A DNA stretch of 64,000 nucleotides, taken from an uncultured Alphaproteobacteria bacterium (GTDB lineage Bacteria > Pseudomonadota > Alphaproteobacteria > RF32 > CAG-239). Below are positions 60,866 through 64,000 of this stretch, piece after piece. The stretch lies in assembly GCA_949297145.1 (NCBI GenBank), contig CASFQO010000012.1:67401-131400 (forward strand). The letters are read 5' to 3'. Each line of letters begins with the position of its first letter. Within the stretch, counting starts at the first letter, position 1. Below the pieces are notes generated by a model, which had not been told where the DNA came from, made no database searches, and saw only the letters and a list, made by a program, of their open reading frames with translations. A program made the position numbers and the translations under genes.

Positions 60866-61873
60866 ATGAGTAACATTCGTATAGCCTATTTTGATATAGC
60901 AAAATTTGTTGCAATGATGATGGTTATTCTGGGGCATTTTGGCGTTCCAGATATTAATCGTTTTGTCTTCTCATTTCATGTACCTTTATTTTTCTTAATT
61001 AGCGGATATTTTTTTAAGTCTAATCAAAATACTTGGAGCATCATGAAGCTAAAAGCTAAGCAGCTTTTGATTCCTTATATTTTTGTTATGTTTTCTGTCA
61101 TCTTTATCTACATTGTTGACGCAGCGATAAAAGGAATTTCCGTAAATACTATTACTAACGGTGTTGTTAGCTATTTAATTGGATACGCCTACGGAAGCGG
61201 TTACATTGATAATGTTTGCGGACACTCAATTCAAATTGTTGGTCCAATCTGGTTTTGTTTAGCACTCTTTTTTGATTTTATTTGGTTAAATTTAATCTTA
61301 AAAACAAAACGTCCTTTTGTTTGGACTATTGTTGTTTTCACTATTGGCTATATTTCTAGTAAATATATATGGCTTCCTCTGAGTTTACAATCATCGTTTA
61401 CAGCACTTTTATTCTTTTATTTGGGTTATCTTGCCAATAAGCACAATATTTTTTGGAAAAATTATAGCTTACCACATATTTTTCCACTCTTGTGTATCTG
61501 GGGAATCGGTCTGAGTTATGGCAGTCAGTTTTTAATTGTGCAAAATGAGGCAGTCTTTTTATTAAGTGATATTATTGTTGCACTTGCAGCAAGCTATCTT
61601 GTTATACTTTATTGCAAATGGTCGGAAAAAGAATTTAAATCAGCAAAAATTATGGCTTTTTTAGGGCAATATACTATTGTTATGCTTTGTTTGCACAGTA
61701 TTGATGTTAATATTATGCCTTGGAATGAGTATTACAAAACGCCAAATACAAGTGGAAATGTTATTTTATTAAAAATTCTCATAACTTTTATAAAATTTTC
61801 ACTTCCTATATTTGGCGCTATTATTGTTTCTAAATCTACGACCTTGAAGAAACTTTTTGCTCTAAAATATTAA
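60866..61873 (+). CDS. acyltransferase family-3-like integral membrane protein
   Basis: RBS AAGGAG. About 10 TM helices, with the N-terminal motif [18 protein letters not shown] and a later [13 protein letters not shown], typical of acyltransferase_3 (OafA/NolL-like) proteins. Confidence 0.65.
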   Translation: MSNIRIAYFDIAKFVAMMMVILGHFGVPDINRFVFSFHVPLFFLISGYFFKSNQNTWSIMKLKAKQLLIPYIFVMFSVIFIYIVDAAIKGISVNTITNGVVSYLIGYAYGSGYIDNVCGHSIQIVGPIWFCLALFFDFIWLNLILKTKRPFVWTIVVFTIGYISSKYIWLPLSLQSSFTALLFFYLGYLANKHNIFWKNYSLPHIFPLLCIWGIGLSYGSQFLIVQNEAVFLLSDIIVALAASYLVILYCKWSEKEFKSAKIMAFLGQYTIVMLCLHSIDVNIMPWNEYYKTPNTSGNVILLKILITFIKFSLPIFGAIIVSKSTTLKKLFALKY

Positions 61874-63123
61874 CTGTTCATATTATCAAAGAAGTCTTTA
61901 TTATCTTTTGACTGACGAAGCTTATCGAGCAAAAATTCCATACCGTCTGTCATTCCCATTTGCATCAGAACGCGGCGTAATACCCACATTTTTGTTAGAG
62001 TTGCCTTATCAACCAATAATTCTTCTTTTCTTGTGCCGGAACGAGTTATATCAATTGTTGGGAAGAGGCGTTTATCGGTTAGTTTTCTATCCAATATAAT
62101 TTCTGAGTTACCTGTTCCTTTAAACTCTTCAAAAATAACTTCATCCATTCTTGAGCCAGTATCAATTAAGGCTGTTGCTATAATGGTTAAAGATCCACCT
62201 TCTTCAACATTACGAGCTGCACCTAATAATCTTTTTGGACGCTGCAGCGCGTTTGCATCTACGCCACCTGTTAACACTTTACCAGATGAAGGCAAAACTG
62301 TATTATACGCACGTCCTAAACGGGTGATAGAATCTAACAAAATAACAACGTCTTTTTTGGTCTCAACCAAACGTTTTGCTTTTTCTATGACCATTTCAGC
62401 TACTTGAACATGGCGAGCCGCTGGTTCATCAAATGTTGATGAAATAACTTCTCCTTTCACGGAACGGGTCATATCCGTTACTTCTTCTGGGCGTTCATCT
62501 ATAAGTAATACAATCAGATAAACTTCCGGATGGTTTACAGCTATTGCATGAGCTATATTTTGCAACATAACCGTTTTACCAGTTCTTGGAGGAGCTACAA
62601 TCAAACCACGTTGTCCTTTACCCTGCGGTGCAATTAAATCTATAACGCGAGTAGTATAATCTTTCTCACCGCAAATTATATCAAAATTTAATTTTTCTGT
62701 TGGATATAAAGGTGTTAAGTTATCAAAATTTACGCGTAACTTTGATTTTTCGGGATCTTCGTAATTTATGGTGTTTATTTTGGTCAAAGCAAAGTAACGT
62801 TCATTTTCTTTTGGAGCTCTGATTTCACCTTCAACGGTGTCTCCGGTTCTTAATCCATAGCGTTTTACCTGCTGAGGAGATACGTAAATGTCATCTGCAG
62901 AAGCTAAGTAATTTGATTTTGATGAACGTAAAAAACCAAAACCGTCCTGCATAACCTCTATAACACCATCTCCATAGAGAATGTGATCATCTTCTGCAAC
63001 TTTTTTCATGATGGCAAAAACTAAATCTTGAACACGCATAGATGAAGCGTCTTCAACTCCTAACTCTTCAGCCTGGCTTAAGAGTTGTTTAGGAGATTTA
63101 TCCTTTAAGTCTTTTAAATGCAT
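61870..63123 (-). CDS. rho: transcription termination factor Rho
   Basis: N-terminal Rho_N helix bundle, RNA-binding CSD (GFGFLR) and Walker [13 protein letters not shown]. The protein is highly conserved throughout. Confidence 0.97.
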   Translation of the reverse strand: MHLKDLKDKSPKQLLSQAEELGVEDASSMRVQDLVFAIMKKVAEDDHILYGDGVIEVMQDGFGFLRSSKSNYLASADDIYVSPQQVKRYGLRTGDTVEGEIRAPKENERYFALTKINTINYEDPEKSKLRVNFDNLTPLYPTEKLNFDIICGEKDYTTRVIDLIAPQGKGQRGLIVAPPRTGKTVMLQNIAHAIAVNHPEVYLIVLLIDERPEEVTDMTRSVKGEVISSTFDEPAARHVQVAEMVIEKAKRLVETKKDVVILLDSITRLGRAYNTVLPSSGKVLTGGVDANALQRPKRLLGAARNVEEGGSLTIIATALIDTGSRMDEVIFEEFKGTGNSEIILDRKLTDKRLFPTIDITRSGTRKEELLVDKATLTKMWVLRRVLMQMGMTDGMEFLLDKLRQSKDNKDFFDNMNS

Positions 63124-63460
63124 GGATTAAACCTATTTGGTAAGAAATTATTAAGATTTATTTGTTAGTTTGTTTATACGGTATTTTTTAAGATGTCAAT
63201 TTAAATGTGATTTCTTGGTAAGTAGATAATCATTTTTGCTAAAGGTTGGTTATCTCGGTTGAAGAAAAAAGTTATAAACAGGAAAAAATCCCAAACATTT
63301 ATTTTTAAATAATTTTTTTGTTATTTGTTTATTCCTGTGAATCATGTTGATAACTTTTTGTGAACAGCTTTTTGCATATTTTTTTTGACCCTGTTTAAAA
63401 GGCTGTGTAGGACTCCAAAAATTTGTTTTAAAATCAATTTTTTGATTAAATCGGGTTTCT

Positions 63461-63469
63461 TGTGGGTAA
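63461..63469 (-). promoter_or_regulatory. DnaA-box-like 9-mer
   Basis: TGTGGGTAA is the reverse complement of TTACCCACA, one mismatch from TTATCCACA. Confidence 0.4.
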
Positions 63470-63476
63470 AGAGTAG

Positions 63477-63485
63477 TTATTCACA
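63477..63485 (+). promoter_or_regulatory. DnaA-box-like 9-mer
   Basis: TTATTCACA, one mismatch from TTATCCACA. TCATTCACA (two mismatches) follows immediately. Confidence 0.4.
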
Positions 63486-63586
63486 TCATTCACAGGTGTG
63501 AATATTGATTTAAAAAATGTTTATAACTTGGGTTTATTTTTTGGCTTAATGGTGATTATTTGTTAAAACTTTTTTAAACAATATAG

Positions 63587-63595
63587 TTATGCACA
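63587..63595 (+). promoter_or_regulatory. DnaA-box-like 9-mer (left half of an inverted pair)
   Basis: TTATGCACA, one mismatch from the consensus. Confidence 0.4.
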
Positions 63596-63609
63596 ACGGT
63601 GTTTCAAGG

Positions 63610-63618
63610 TGTGCATAA
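63610..63618 (-). promoter_or_regulatory. DnaA-box-like 9-mer (right half of an inverted pair)
   Basis: TGTGCATAA is the reverse complement of TTATGCACA. It lies 14 nt from its partner and ends 21 nt before the coaE ATG. Confidence 0.4.
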
Positions 63619-63639
63619 AAAGTTTTTTTTGAGGCAGAA

Positions 63640-64000
63640 ATGATTTTTGTTGGCATTACAGGGTCAATAGGGTGTGGTAAGACAACTATCTCTAACGTAT
63701 TGAGGAAATTGGGATATTTGGTTTTTGATGCAGATAAGTGGGTTAAAATTTTATATTTTGATAAGAAATTTTTAAGCCAAATCCAAAAGAAATTTCCAGA
63801 GACATTTGTTGATGGTGTTTTTAATAAAAAAATATTGCGCTCTATTGTTTTTGAGAATCCTCAGAAATTGAAAATTTTAGAAGATTTAATTCATCCATAT
63901 TTAACTCAGAGATTGCGAAATATTGTCAGAAGTCAAAAAAATGGGGGAATCGTTTTTATGGATGCTCCCTTATTATTTGAATTGAGGTGGGATAAGTTTT
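63640..64000 (+). CDS. coaE: dephospho-CoA kinase, 3-prime end outside the window
   Basis: ATG 63640 follows GAGG. It has the P-loop GITGSIGCGKTT, FDADKWV and LEDLIHPYL motifs. The ORF is still open at the window edge. Confidence 0.85.
   Translation, partial: MIFVGITGSIGCGKTTISNVLRKLGYLVFDADKWVKILYFDKKFLSQIQKKFPETFVDGVFNKKILRSIVFENPQKLKILEDLIHPYLTQRLRNIVRSQKNGGIVFMDAPLLFELRWDKF

Larger units (their letters stand above)
63124..63639. other. oriC: candidate chromosomal replication origin (oriC) / DnaA-box cluster, also containing the rho and coaE promoters
   Basis: A 516-bp non-coding gap between divergent rho and coaE. It holds four one-mismatch DnaA boxes, several two-mismatch boxes and a nearly pure A/T stretch at about 63290-63335. 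parS sites lie 7-8 kb away. Confidence 0.4.

Noticed and set aside
63563-63577. A TTAA-N7-TTAA motif (CtrA-box consensus) lies in the putative origin.
   Set aside because: It is a single occurrence in nearly pure A/T sequence, which is expected by chance, and no second site was found in the gap. It does not support a CtrA-regulated origin on its own.

Overview
This is an AT-rich bacterial chromosome segment. Its gene order is typical of Alphaproteobacteria: lpxC-bamD-recN, tolQRA, gpmI-envC-like-ctpA-rppH, and rho-mnmE-mnmG-rsmG-parA-parB. The composition and some odd genes suggest an intracellular or host-associated lineage, but that is inference only. I support about 60 intact protein genes, nearly all housekeeping or envelope functions. 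They include an RND efflux triplet, Tol proteins, Mla, a Bat-like VWA/TPR cluster, an ABC-2/GldG-like exporter and several tRNA-modification enzymes. There is one ncRNA (type-A RNase P RNA on the minus strand, 15909-16293), several clean rho-independent terminators, and two parS sites inside mnmG and rsmG. A DnaA-box-rich 516-bp gap between rho and coaE is a plausible oriC. I found no tRNA or rRNA genes, CRISPR arrays, transposases, integrases, phage genes or recognisable defence-island genes. I do not see an unambiguous new multi-gene system. The best candidates for something undescribed are: (1) a translationally coupled pair at 8457-10416, a MinD/ParA-fold protein with no Walker A lysines plus a membrane J-domain/SH3 protein; (2) an extremely AT-rich orphan gene at 58054-59388, inserted on the opposite strand into the conserved mnmE-mnmG pair; (3) a Bat-like cluster at 32238-38234 that lacks its usual MoxR/DUF58 partners, carries a long Q/N-rich tract and is followed by a membrane-anchored SNase-like gene; (4) rnpB abutting lpxC with no terminator. 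All family assignments come from motif recognition by eye, and no database search was run.
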